Both the position numbers and the translations under genes were made by a program. A stretch of DNA of 64,000 nucleotides from Gemmatimonadaceae bacterium (GTDB lineage: Bacteria > Gemmatimonadota > Gemmatimonadetes > Gemmatimonadales > Gemmatimonadaceae): contig DASYSS010000104.1 in assembly GCA_036003045.1 (NCBI GenBank), forward strand, positions 94,901 through 158,900, in the 5' to 3' direction. This document shows, in pieces, positions 29,220 through 38,062 of this stretch. Within the stretch, counting starts at the first letter, position 1. Every line of letters begins with the position of its first letter. The notes under the pieces were generated by a model that saw only the letters and a program-made list of their open reading frames with translations, was not told the origin of the DNA and searched no databases.

Positions 29220-29576
29220 ATGCCTGACCAGTCGATCGAGCTGTTTCAAGGAACCCTCGACCTTCTCATTCTCAAGACGCTGAGCTGGGGCTCGACGCAC
29301 GGATACTCGATCGCCCGGTGGATTCAGCAGGTGACGGGCGACGTGCTGCGCGTGGAAGAGGGATCCCTTTACCCCGCCCTCCACCGACTCGAGCGCCGCG
29401 GTTGGATCAGCGCCGAGTGGGGGCTTTCCGAGAACAACCGTCGCGCCAAGTACTACGAGCTGACGCCGCGCGGACGCCAACAGCTCCGCGCCGCGACCTC
29501 GACGTGGTCCACCTTCGCCGGCGCTGTGACCAGCGTGCTCACATCAGCCGACCAACCCAGCTGGGCGAAGCCATGA
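29220..29576 (+). CDS. PadR-family transcriptional regulator (module A)
   Basis: LFQGTLDLLILKTLSWGSTHGYSIARWI...EGSLYPALHRLERRGWISAEWG..ENNRRAKYYELT. Confidence 0.92.
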   Translation: MPDQSIELFQGTLDLLILKTLSWGSTHGYSIARWIQQVTGDVLRVEEGSLYPALHRLERRGWISAEWGLSENNRRAKYYELTPRGRQQLRAATSTWSTFAGAVTSVLTSADQPSWAKP

Positions 29577-32293
29577 AGCGCCGAAAAGCGCCGGCGTGGC
29601 GGCGGTATCTCCGTTTCTGGGGCGCCGACCCGGTTCGCGACGTGGACGACGAGCTCTCGTTTCACCTCCAGGCCCGCGTCGACGAATACATCGGTGCCGG
29701 CATGGATCCCGGCCGGGCCCGCGCCGAGGCGGAGGCACGTTTCGGGAGTGTGGCGCAAGTGCGCGAGCACACTGTCGCCATCGACGCACAATGGGCGCGA
29801 GAGCGCGGCTTCGCCGACCGCATGCACGCGGTCGGGAGCGACGTTCGCCACGCCGCGCGCCGGCTGCGCCGATCGCCGTCGGTCACCATCGCGGCGGTGC
29901 TCTGCTTCGCTCTCGGAATCGGTGCGAACACATCGATCTTCAGCGTCGTCGACGCGGTTCTCTTTCGCCCGCTGCCGTTCGCCGATGCGTCGCGCCTGGT
30001 CATACTCGGCGAGCAGTTGCCGGCGTTCGCGGCGAAGAACTACGGAACCATCTCGGCTCCCGAGTATCTCGACTACAAGACGCTGAACGGCCGCGTCTTC
30101 GCGAATTCCGCGATCGTCGACGACGGTTCCTTCGTGCTCACCGGCGACGCCGGGCCTGAGCGGGTGCTCGGCGCCCAGGTTTCGGCATCGATATTCGACG
30201 TGCTCGGAGTTCGCGCGGCCCGAGGACGAACCTTCTTACCCGACGAAGACGCGATCTCCGCGCCGAACGTGGTCGTGCTGAGCCACGCGTTGTGGCAGCG
30301 GCGATTTGGCGCCGACTCTTCGGTGGTAGACCGCTCGATGGCGATCGGCGGCGAGTCGTATCGCGTCATCGGCATCATGCCGCCGGGATTCGCCTTCCCG
30401 CTCCCGGGAATAAGCAGCGGCGTCGCTGATCTGTTCGTCCCCTACCGCATCACGCCGGCGGTCGAGAAGACGCGGGCGAACGTCTACAACACGGTGCTCG
30501 TCGCGCGACTCGCTCCGGGCGTGGCGCTCGAGGGAGCCAAGGCGGCCGCGGCCGAAATCGCGCGCCGGCTGCCGACGCTTCATCCCGGGGCGTACGGCGC
30601 GAAGCAAGTGACGCTGACCGATCTGTTTCCGCTGCGCGACCGGGCGATCAGCGGCGTGCGACGCTCGCTCGTCGTGCTGTTGGCCGCCGTCGGTTTCGTG
30701 CTGCTCATCGCCTGCATCAACGTCTCGAGTCTTCTCATCGCCCGGGCCGCCGCGCGACAGCACGAGTTGGCGCTGCGGCGCGCGCTCGGCGCGTCCCGAG
30801 GACGCGTGCTGCGCGAATTCGCCGCCGAGAGCTTTCTGATCGTCGCGATCGGGTCGGCGCTCGGCGTCGTGCTCGCCATCTGGGGCGTGCGCGTTCTGGC
30901 GAATGCGGCGCCGGAGGAGATGCTACAGGGATACGCCGTGGCGGTCGACGGACGCGTCCTCTTGTTCACCGGGTCGATCGCCGCGCTCACGGCATTCGCC
31001 GTCTCGCTCTTTCCTTCGCTCCACGCCGGCGACGAACTGCTCGACGCCATGTTGCGTGAGGACGGTCGCGGCGGCGGCGGCGGGACGATCGGCGGGGCAC
31101 GCCAGCGCGGTCGGCGGTTGCTCGTCGCGACACAGATCGCGCTGGCCGTGGTTGTCGCCGCCGGCGCCGTGCTGATGGTCGAGAGTTTCGTGAATACCCG
31201 GAACGTCGATCCCGGGTTCGAGCCGGCGCATTTGTTGTCGTTCAGGCTCGGCGTTCCCGACTACCGATACCGCACCTCCACCGACGTCGAAGCGTTCGAG
31301 CGTGATATGGCGGCCCGGCTGCGGCGCCTACCCGGCGTGCACGCCGCGTCGGCCGCGACGAGCGCCCCGATGGCCGAAACCTGGCGCGCCACCGCGACGC
31401 CCGAAGGTGTGCCAATCGAGAAGACGCCCGTCGTGCTCATGACGCTGGTGTATCCCGGCTACATCGACGCGCTGGGCTTGCGAATGCGCGCCGGCGCGGC
31501 GTTCACGGGAAGAGAGACCCGCGAATCGCCGCGCGTCGCGATCATCAACGAAGCATTCGCCCGGCAATTCTTTGCCGGCGTCAATCCCGTTGGGCGCCGC
31601 CTGAAATGGGGATCGCCACAATCGACCGATCCGTGGGCGACTGTCGTCGGCGTCGCCGAGAACGTGAACGAGGTTGCTCTCGATGCCGCGGCCGAGCCGG
31701 CCGTCTATTACCCCGCGCTGCAGCAGGACACGGCGTTCGTCGCCTCCTCGCTGCGCGAGCTCACGTACGTTGTTCGCGCGGAACGCGATCCGTCGGCGTT
31801 GTTCGACCCGGTCCGCCGCGCGGTGCACGACGCCGACCCCGAGATTCCCGTCGTCAAGCTTAGGACGATGAACGACGTCGTGGCGCTCTCGGTCGTCGGC
31901 CGCCGCTTCAACACCATGCTCCTCGTGGGATTTGCCGCGTTGGCGCTCGCGCTCGCGGCGGTCGGGATCTACGGCCTGATGGCGTACGCCGTCCTGCAGC
32001 GCACGCGGGAAATTGGAATTCGCTTGGCAGTCGGCGCGACACCGTCGAACGTGCTCGGCCTCGTCGTTGGGCAGGCCGCGCGGCTGGCGCTGGTCGGGGT
32101 AGGCACCGGCTTGCTCGGCGCGATCGCGCTCACTCGCGTGATGCAATCGCTGCTCTTCGACGTCAGCCCGCTCGACCCGCTCGCACTCGGCGGCGCGGCG
32201 CTCTTGCTGCTCGCGGTCGCGGGACTCTCGAGCTACGTCCCCGCCCTCCGCGCCTCACGCGTCGATCCGAAGACAGCGATCGCAGCGCAATAG
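29573..32293 (+). CDS. ADOP-like duplicated FtsX/MacB permease with an N-terminal 'permease prefix' helix region (module A)
   Basis: The ATG overlaps the padR stop (ATGA). WRRYLRFWGADPVRDVDDELSFHL prefix. Two MacB periplasmic-core and FtsX halves. The C-terminus reads RASRVDPKTAIAAQ. Confidence 0.9.
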   Translation: MKRRKAPAWRRYLRFWGADPVRDVDDELSFHLQARVDEYIGAGMDPGRARAEAEARFGSVAQVREHTVAIDAQWARERGFADRMHAVGSDVRHAARRLRRSPSVTIAAVLCFALGIGANTSIFSVVDAVLFRPLPFADASRLVILGEQLPAFAAKNYGTISAPEYLDYKTLNGRVFANSAIVDDGSFVLTGDAGPERVLGAQVSASIFDVLGVRAARGRTFLPDEDAISAPNVVVLSHALWQRRFGADSSVVDRSMAIGGESYRVIGIMPPGFAFPLPGISSGVADLFVPYRITPAVEKTRANVYNTVLVARLAPGVALEGAKAAAAEIARRLPTLHPGAYGAKQVTLTDLFPLRDRAISGVRRSLVVLLAAVGFVLLIACINVSSLLIARAAARQHELALRRALGASRGRVLREFAAESFLIVAIGSALGVVLAIWGVRVLANAAPEEMLQGYAVAVDGRVLLFTGSIAALTAFAVSLFPSLHAGDELLDAMLREDGRGGGGGTIGGARQRGRRLLVATQIALAVVVAAGAVLMVESFVNTRNVDPGFEPAHLLSFRLGVPDYRYRTSTDVEAFERDMAARLRRLPGVHAASAATSAPMAETWRATATPEGVPIEKTPVVLMTLVYPGYIDALGLRMRAGAAFTGRETRESPRVAIINEAFARQFFAGVNPVGRRLKWGSPQSTDPWATVVGVAENVNEVALDAAAEPAVYYPALQQDTAFVASSLRELTYVVRAERDPSALFDPVRRAVHDADPEIPVVKLRTMNDVVALSVVGRRFNTMLLVGFAALALALAAVGIYGLMAYAVLQRTREIGIRLAVGATPSNVLGLVVGQAARLALVGVGTGLLGAIALTRVMQSLLFDVSPLDPLALGGAALLLLAVAGLSSYVPALRASRVDPKTAIAAQ

Positions 32294-32308
32294 AGTGGAG
32301 GTCATGTT

Positions 32309-34252
32309 TTACGGAAGCGCGAAGGCCTGGAGCTTCGCCCCGCTGGCCGCGCCGGTGGCGATCACGACGAACTGTTTGCCGGCCTTTGTGCGATAGGTCA
32401 TCGGCACCGCGTATCCATTCTGTCCGAGATCCGCCGACCATAGGGTCGACCCGTCGCGCGAATCGATCGCGTAGAGCGTTGATCCACCGCCTGTCGCGAA
32501 GATCAGCCCCGATGCCGTCACCATCGGCCCCGGTGACCCGGACACGCCGAGCGGAGGCAATTTGAGATCTTTGAGCAATGGATGATTGCGAATGGCGGGT
32601 GTGTCACCGAGCGGTACCGTCCATTTCGTGTCGCCGGTGTTCAGGTCGATCGCCGTCAACGTGCCGTACGGCGGGCGATTGATCGGCAGCGGCGGCAAAC
32701 GCTGTCCGCTGTCGCGGGGTGGCATCGTGACACGCAGGTTCGACGCTGACAGGTCGGCGGAATAGTCGGCGTCTACCGTGTCTGAGTGCGCGGGCTGGAC
32801 GATCTTGTACATCGCCGGTGAATTGCTCGCTTTGACGTAGATCGTGCCCGACACGGGGTCCAGCGCGCCGCCGCCCCATCCGGCGCCGCCGATCGCGCCG
32901 GGCATGACGATCGTGCCGGCCATCGACGGCGGCGTGAAGATCGGACCGAAGCGAAGATCTTTCGTCTCCTCGAGGGCGCGCGCCTTGATCTCCGGCGTGA
33001 AGTCGATCAGGTCGCCGTAGCCGAATCCCTGTTTCGCGAACGCCTTCGGCTTCGTCGGAAACGGCTGCGACTGAGATGCCCTGTCACCGGGCACGTCGCT
33101 CGGGGGCACCGACCGTTCTTCTATCGGCCAGATCGGCTCGCCCGAGACGCGGTCGAACACGAACAGAAAACCGGTCTTCGCCGGCACGGCGACGACGTCG
33201 CGCGCCCTTCCGTTCACGTTGACCGACGCGAGCACCGGGGCCGCGGGAAGATCGTAGTCCCAAAGTCCGTGGTGCACGGTTTGGAACGCCCACTTGAGCT
33301 TTCCGGATTTCGCCTCGAGACAAACGACGGATTCCGCGTAGAGATTGTTGCCCAGGCGTGCTCCGCCGTACCAGTCGTTGCTCGGCGTGCTCACAGGGAG
33401 ATAGATGAGCCCACGCCCGTCGTCGACGGTGAACGGAGCCCACACGTTCGCGTGGCCGGTCGTTTTCCATGACTCGTTCGCCCAGGTCCTGGCGGCGGTG
33501 TCGCGCGTGTCGCGTGGAACCGGGCTCCAGCTCCATGCGCGCTTCCCGGAGCGAACGTCGAATGCCTGTACGTCGCCCGGAGGATCGTTCGGGTAGATCA
33601 AGCGGTCCGCGACTCCGTTGCCGACGATGACGAGATCCCGCCACACGACCGGAGGCGACGTCTCCGTGTAGTGGAGCTTGTTGACCTTCTTGCCGTTTCG
33701 CTCGAGCCGCGCCGTGAGATCGACGACGCCGGTGTCTCCGAACGTGCGAATCGGCTGCCCTGTGGCCGCGTCGATCGCGATCAGGTTCCAGCGGCTGTTG
33801 ATGAAGATCCGGCGCTGCTTGCCGTCGGTCCACGTCGCCACGCCGCGATGCACGAACCCGGTGCCGTTCGACGGCTGGCCGGCGGCGTACGACTTGGGAT
33901 CGTATTCCCAGAATTCCTTTCCCGTCGACGCATCGAGCGCGACGACGCGGTTGTACGACGTGCTCAGAAAGAGCGTGTCGCCCAGCATCAGCGGTGTGGC
34001 CTGAAAATTTCCCGGGCGCGTGTGGAGCTCGGGCTTCGGCGTTTCACCCGTCGCCCACTCCCACACTTTCGTCAGACGCGCAACGTTGCCGCGGTCGATG
34101 TCGGTGAGCTTCGAGAACTTGGTCGAAGCAAGATCGCCGCCGAACACAGGCCATTCGACCATCTGCGCGCACGCAGCGGACAACGGCGCGGAGATCGCGG
34201 CGAGAACTGAGGCCAGTGACAGCGGTGCGGCAAGTCGCGCGGCAAATCGCAT
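32309..34252 (-). CDS. Soluble periplasmic PQQ-dependent dehydrogenase (quinoprotein glucose/sugar dehydrogenase-like beta-propeller)
   Basis: The start at MRFAARLAAPLSLASVLAAISAPLSAACAQ is a signal peptide rather than a 5-TM anchor. The sequence WPVFGGDLASTKFSKL..., multiple W-containing propeller repeats and HHGLWDYDLPA are typical. Confidence 0.85.
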   Translation of the reverse strand: MRFAARLAAPLSLASVLAAISAPLSAACAQMVEWPVFGGDLASTKFSKLTDIDRGNVARLTKVWEWATGETPKPELHTRPGNFQATPLMLGDTLFLSTSYNRVVALDASTGKEFWEYDPKSYAAGQPSNGTGFVHRGVATWTDGKQRRIFINSRWNLIAIDAATGQPIRTFGDTGVVDLTARLERNGKKVNKLHYTETSPPVVWRDLVIVGNGVADRLIYPNDPPGDVQAFDVRSGKRAWSWSPVPRDTRDTAARTWANESWKTTGHANVWAPFTVDDGRGLIYLPVSTPSNDWYGGARLGNNLYAESVVCLEAKSGKLKWAFQTVHHGLWDYDLPAAPVLASVNVNGRARDVVAVPAKTGFLFVFDRVSGEPIWPIEERSVPPSDVPGDRASQSQPFPTKPKAFAKQGFGYGDLIDFTPEIKARALEETKDLRFGPIFTPPSMAGTIVMPGAIGGAGWGGGALDPVSGTIYVKASNSPAMYKIVQPAHSDTVDADYSADLSASNLRVTMPPRDSGQRLPPLPINRPPYGTLTAIDLNTGDTKWTVPLGDTPAIRNHPLLKDLKLPPLGVSGSPGPMVTASGLIFATGGGSTLYAIDSRDGSTLWSADLGQNGYAVPMTYRTKAGKQFVVIATGAASGAKLQAFALP

Positions 34253-34296
34253 GACGACGACGGGTTGGGAAGAACCCTCTAATTCTGCAACAAGAT

Positions 34297-35895
34297 TCAG
34301 CGCTTCGGCAGATCGCGTTCGAGCTCGCGCGCCGAGCGCAGCGCGAGGGCGCAAAATGTAAGCGTCGCGTTGGCGCAACCGCCGCTGACCGCCGTCGGCG
34401 CGCCGACTACGAACAGGTTCTCGTGATCGTGCGTTCGTCCCCACGAGTCGACGACGCTCGCCGACCCATCCGTGCCCATGCGACAGCCGCCCGCGGGGTG
34501 ATCCTGGAAGTTGTCGACGCTGGTGCGAAGCACTGTGCCCTTCCCGGCTCGCGCCATCTCGTTGAACAGCGTACGGATCGATTCCTCCGTCGCGCCGCGC
34601 TCGGCCACGGACTCCGGCGCGTCCTGGAACGAGAGCTTGGGCAACGGATCGCCCCACTGATTCTTCTTGCCCGTGTCGAGAGTGAGCTCGCTCGACCGGT
34701 CGGGGATCACCTCGTAGTAGGCCCGGACGCGCGCCGTACCGGTCTGGGTCCGCTTTCGCCAGTCGTCGAGAATCGCGTCGCCGAGCATCAGTGCGCCGGA
34801 GTCGTCGACGAGCCTCGCCGTCTTGCCGACGGAGGATTCCCAGATTCGGAGGTCGTGGCGAATGAATCGCGCTCCGGGGCGGGGCCGCATGAACTGTTTC
34901 GTCACGAGGCTGTGCTGCTCGTTCATGCCGGGATAGAGCCGCAGCGGCAGGTCGACGTACCCGCCGACGTTGCGGTGTCCCGACAGATATTTGCCGACGA
35001 GTCCTGATTTGTTGGCGAGACCGTCCGACGCGCCACTCTGCGCCGAGAGCAGCAGCAGATGCGACGACCACACGTAGCCCGCGGCGACGACGAAAATCTT
35101 CGCGCGAAATTCGACCGGCGTGTCGGGTCGGTCGAAGCTCGACGCCACGGCGTGCGAGATCGTTTTTCCCCCATCCGCGAGCACGAGCTTGCGCACCAAC
35201 GTCCGCGGCATGAGCTCGACTCGCTTCGAGGCGAGGAGCGCGTTCCACGTGAAATCAGGCGAGTACTTCGCGCCAATCGGACAGATCGGCGAGCAGGTGT
35301 CGTTGCGACAGCACTGCGGCCGGCCGCGATACGCCACCGAGTTCTTGGCCGACGGCTGACTCCAGGTCGGGATCGCGGACTTGGCCGCCCAGTCCTTCAA
35401 GAGCTCGAGGTTGTACGTCAGCGGAATCGGAGGCAACGGAAACGGCTTCTTGCGCGGGTCCAGTTCCGGCGGTCCCTGTTCGCCCGCGACCCCCATGACC
35501 TCTTCGGCCTCCTGGTAAAACGGATCGAGCTCGTCGTAGTCGATCGGCCAATCGGTGCCCACGTCGTAGAGGGTTTTCTGCTTGAAATCCTCGGGGGAGA
35601 AACGCGGCGTCACCGCTCCCCAGTGCATCGCCAGCCCGCCGACCTGCATCGAGCGAGACTGGAGCGGCCCCTCGATCTCGTACCCCTCGAGGTGATCGCG
35701 GCCCCACGGATTCTCGCCGTAGCGAATGAATCGGTCGCGTGCCGCGGCCCGCTGCCCGAGCGGAACGGTGTTGTCCCCCGCCTCGACGACCACGACGCGA
35801 GCGGTCGTCGTCCGCGCCAGCCGATCCGCGATCATCGCGGCGCTGATTCCCGAGCCGATGATGCACACGTCGCTCTCGACGACGCGGCGTCTCAT
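34297..35895 (-). CDS. GMC-family FAD oxidoreductase (gluconate 2-dehydrogenase flavoprotein-subunit-like)
   Basis: DVCIIGSGISAAMIADRLA (Rossmann GxGxxG). GMC C-terminal region HPAGGCRMG. The ATGA start overlaps the upstream gene. Confidence 0.9.
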   Translation of the reverse strand: MRRRVVESDVCIIGSGISAAMIADRLARTTTARVVVVEAGDNTVPLGQRAAARDRFIRYGENPWGRDHLEGYEIEGPLQSRSMQVGGLAMHWGAVTPRFSPEDFKQKTLYDVGTDWPIDYDELDPFYQEAEEVMGVAGEQGPPELDPRKKPFPLPPIPLTYNLELLKDWAAKSAIPTWSQPSAKNSVAYRGRPQCCRNDTCSPICPIGAKYSPDFTWNALLASKRVELMPRTLVRKLVLADGGKTISHAVASSFDRPDTPVEFRAKIFVVAAGYVWSSHLLLLSAQSGASDGLANKSGLVGKYLSGHRNVGGYVDLPLRLYPGMNEQHSLVTKQFMRPRPGARFIRHDLRIWESSVGKTARLVDDSGALMLGDAILDDWRKRTQTGTARVRAYYEVIPDRSSELTLDTGKKNQWGDPLPKLSFQDAPESVAERGATEESIRTLFNEMARAGKGTVLRTSVDNFQDHPAGGCRMGTDGSASVVDSWGRTHDHENLFVVGAPTAVSGGCANATLTFCALALRSARELERDLPKR

Positions 35896-36485
35896 CGCTT
35901 GGCACTCCCGGCCAAGGGCAGCGGCTTGCGGGACTCGAGCGCCAGCGGACGGCAGGTCTCGCGTCCGATGCGCGCCTCGTAGCACAGATCCGCCGCGTCC
36001 GAGCTCCCGTAGAAATGCGCGAGCAGCGCGACCGCGACGTGCTTCGCCTCGGCGACGTTCGGGATGCGATCGAGGCGTTCGTCCTTGACCGCGTCGCGTA
36101 CGAGGTCCACGCGTTGTGCGACCGTCACCGCCTTGAAGGGTCGTCCGTGCTTCGATTGCGACGTGGCGTCGAGGGCGTCGAGCTGCGACGTCCAGCGGGT
36201 CACGGGTGTGGGGCCGGTCGTGCGGAGACGCGAAGTGCCATAGCCGTGCAGCAGCTCCGCGTTCTCTCGATAGTACGTGCCCCAGTCGCGGAACACGGCG
36301 ACGGCGCGTGTGATTCCGGCGCGGCCGAGCTGCGACGGAAGAATCGCTTCGCCCAGCGCGCCGAGCGTGGCCGGGTCGGACTCGAGGTGTCGAACGGCCG
36401 CGGCGTGCGCGCGCCGCACCACGACGTTCAGCGGAATCGCCGCCGCGAGCGAGGCGAGGAATCGCCGGCGCGAGATGCCCGTCAT
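35892..36485 (-). CDS. Gluconate 2-dehydrogenase subunit 3-like small protein with a Tat signal
   Basis: MTGISRRRFLASLAAAIPL twin-arginine signal. Its size and its position upstream of a GMC flavoprotein fit this family. Confidence 0.8.
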   Translation of the reverse strand: MTGISRRRFLASLAAAIPLNVVVRRAHAAAVRHLESDPATLGALGEAILPSQLGRAGITRAVAVFRDWGTYYRENAELLHGYGTSRLRTTGPTPVTRWTSQLDALDATSQSKHGRPFKAVTVAQRVDLVRDAVKDERLDRIPNVAEAKHVAVALLAHFYGSSDAADLCYEARIGRETCRPLALESRKPLPLAGSAKR

Positions 36486-36524
36486 GGGGCTAATCTGCGC
36501 CGCGAACCGCCGCCTCGGACAGGG

Positions 36525-37409
36525 TCATTTCACCCAGTGCCCTATGCGAGACCAGCGGATGTCGGTGATGAACGGCATCGGGCGATCGCTGATCTGCCCC
36601 GCGCAGTTGGGGTCGGGATCGCCCGGGCCCGGCACGTACGAGTAGTACACGAACAGCGGCCGCCCGCGAATGTTCGCTCTCGGCACCACGCCCCAGAACC
36701 GGCTGTCCTTCGAGCAATACCGGTTGTCGCCCATCATGAAATAGTGATCGGCGGGAATGACGAGCGGGCCCCAGTTGCCGAGCGTGGGCTTCTCGGGCGG
36801 CGGCCCGAAGCGCGAGCCTTTTGCTTCGATGCTATGCTGCCAGTCGAAACCTCCCCGTCCGTCCGGCAACGGCCCAGCCACCTGGCTGTTGTCGCCGACG
36901 TAATTCGAGGAGCCGAACGATTGCCGCTGTGGAACGCCGTTCAGGCTCAACACACCGTCGCGCATGAGGAGCGTGTCGCCCGGCATGCCGATGAGCCGTT
37001 TCACGAGCGTGGGCGTGAAATCGGGGGCGTTGTCCGACTGGTACGGCGAGACGAAGACGACGACGTCGCCGTGGTTCGGGCTCGTGTAGCCCGGCAGATG
37101 CGAGTTCGTGAACGGGATGGTCGGACCGTAGGCGAGCTTGTTCACGAAGAGCCAATCGCCCACGAGCAGCGTCGGAATCATGCTCCCCGACGGGATGCGG
37201 AACGCCTCGACGAACAGCGTTCTGATGACCAGGTAGATCACGACCGCGCCGAGAATCGACTTGAGATTCTCCCACAGCACCTGGCCTACGGGACGCGACG
37301 GTTTGCCGCTCGCGCCGCGCGCCTGGGCGACGACGTTCTTGGATTTCCCGGGTTGAGCGGGCTTTCGGGACGAGGAATTCGAAGCGGGAGAAGATGACTT
37401 TTTTGCCAT
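36525..37409 (-). CDS. lepB: Signal peptidase I
   Basis: The catalytic Ser box IPSGSMIPTLLVGDWLFVNK, the Lys box (VKRLIGMPGDTL) and GDNRYCSKDSRFWG. Confidence 0.92.
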   Translation of the reverse strand: MAKKSSSPASNSSSRKPAQPGKSKNVVAQARGASGKPSRPVGQVLWENLKSILGAVVIYLVIRTLFVEAFRIPSGSMIPTLLVGDWLFVNKLAYGPTIPFTNSHLPGYTSPNHGDVVVFVSPYQSDNAPDFTPTLVKRLIGMPGDTLLMRDGVLSLNGVPQRQSFGSSNYVGDNSQVAGPLPDGRGGFDWQHSIEAKGSRFGPPPEKPTLGNWGPLVIPADHYFMMGDNRYCSKDSRFWGVVPRANIRGRPLFVYYSYVPGPGDPDPNCAGQISDRPMPFITDIRWSRIGHWVK

Positions 37410-37484
37410 GAGGCGACGAGCGATGGTGGCGGCTTCACGAATCTAGTGCTCCGTACGCCGCGCGCGTCGTTGTCGTTTCCCGTG

Positions 37485-37531
37485 ACGGAAAAGCAGCAGG
37501 GGGACGAGCTCGCGGAGCGAGTTCGTCCCCC
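37485..37531 (-). terminator. Rho-independent terminator downstream of the SWIB gene
   Basis: GGGGGACGAgCTCGC-gga-GCGAGtTCGTCCCCC (37499-37531). On the minus strand it is followed by TGCTGCTTTTCC. Confidence 0.65.
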
Positions 37532-37551
37532 TGGCTGAAACGTGCGAAAGG

Positions 37552-37893
37552 CTACTTCAGGTGTTTGCTGACGAGCTTGGTCATCTCGAACATCGAGACT
37601 TGGCCCTTACCGCCAAACACCGCCTTGAGGTTCGCGTCGGCGTTGATCATTCGACGGTTCTTCGAGTCCTGGAGGCCGTTCTTGCGGATGTAGCCCCAGA
37701 GCTTCTTGGTCACTTCGGTGCGGGGCATCGCGGTGCCGCCAACGACCGCCGTGAGCGTCGCATCCGGCTGCACGGGCTTCATGAACGCGGCGTTCGGTTT
37801 GCGCTTCTTCGCGGCCGGCTTCTTCGCGGCGCGCTTGGCCGGTCTCTTCGCGGCTTTCTTGGCGGCCTTCTTCGCCTTCTTCTTTGCAGCCAT
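37552..37893 (-). CDS. SWIB/MDM2-domain protein with a Lys/Ala-rich histone-H1-like N-terminal tail
   Basis: The ATG at 37893 follows GGGAG. The tail is MAAKKKAKKAAKKAAKRPAKRAAKKPAAKKRK. SWIB core: MPRTEVTKKLWGYIRKNGLQDSKNRRMINAD..LKAVFG. Confidence 0.88.
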   Translation of the reverse strand: MAAKKKAKKAAKKAAKRPAKRAAKKPAAKKRKPNAAFMKPVQPDATLTAVVGGTAMPRTEVTKKLWGYIRKNGLQDSKNRRMINADANLKAVFGGKGQVSMFEMTKLVSKHLK

Positions 37894-38062
37894 TCTCACT
37901 CCCGGTAGATGGAATGGGCGAGGATCTTCCTCGTGAGAACGGGCGATTCTCCTATGAAAATCGCCCGCCTTCGAGGGCGAAAAGTATAATCCTCGGCGCA
38001 GGACGCAATAGGGAATTGCGTCGTTTTCCCTCTGAGAATCCGAATTTTTCAGAGGGAAACAG

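Noticed and set aside
34253-35248. Upstream extensions of the PQQ dehydrogenase ORF (to 35248), the hydrolase ORF (39662-40285) and the nfo ORF (41623-42357)
   Set aside because: Each extension overlaps a well-supported neighbouring gene in another frame. In each case an internal ATG gives a proper signal peptide or family N-terminus and a 4-bp overlap with the upstream stop.
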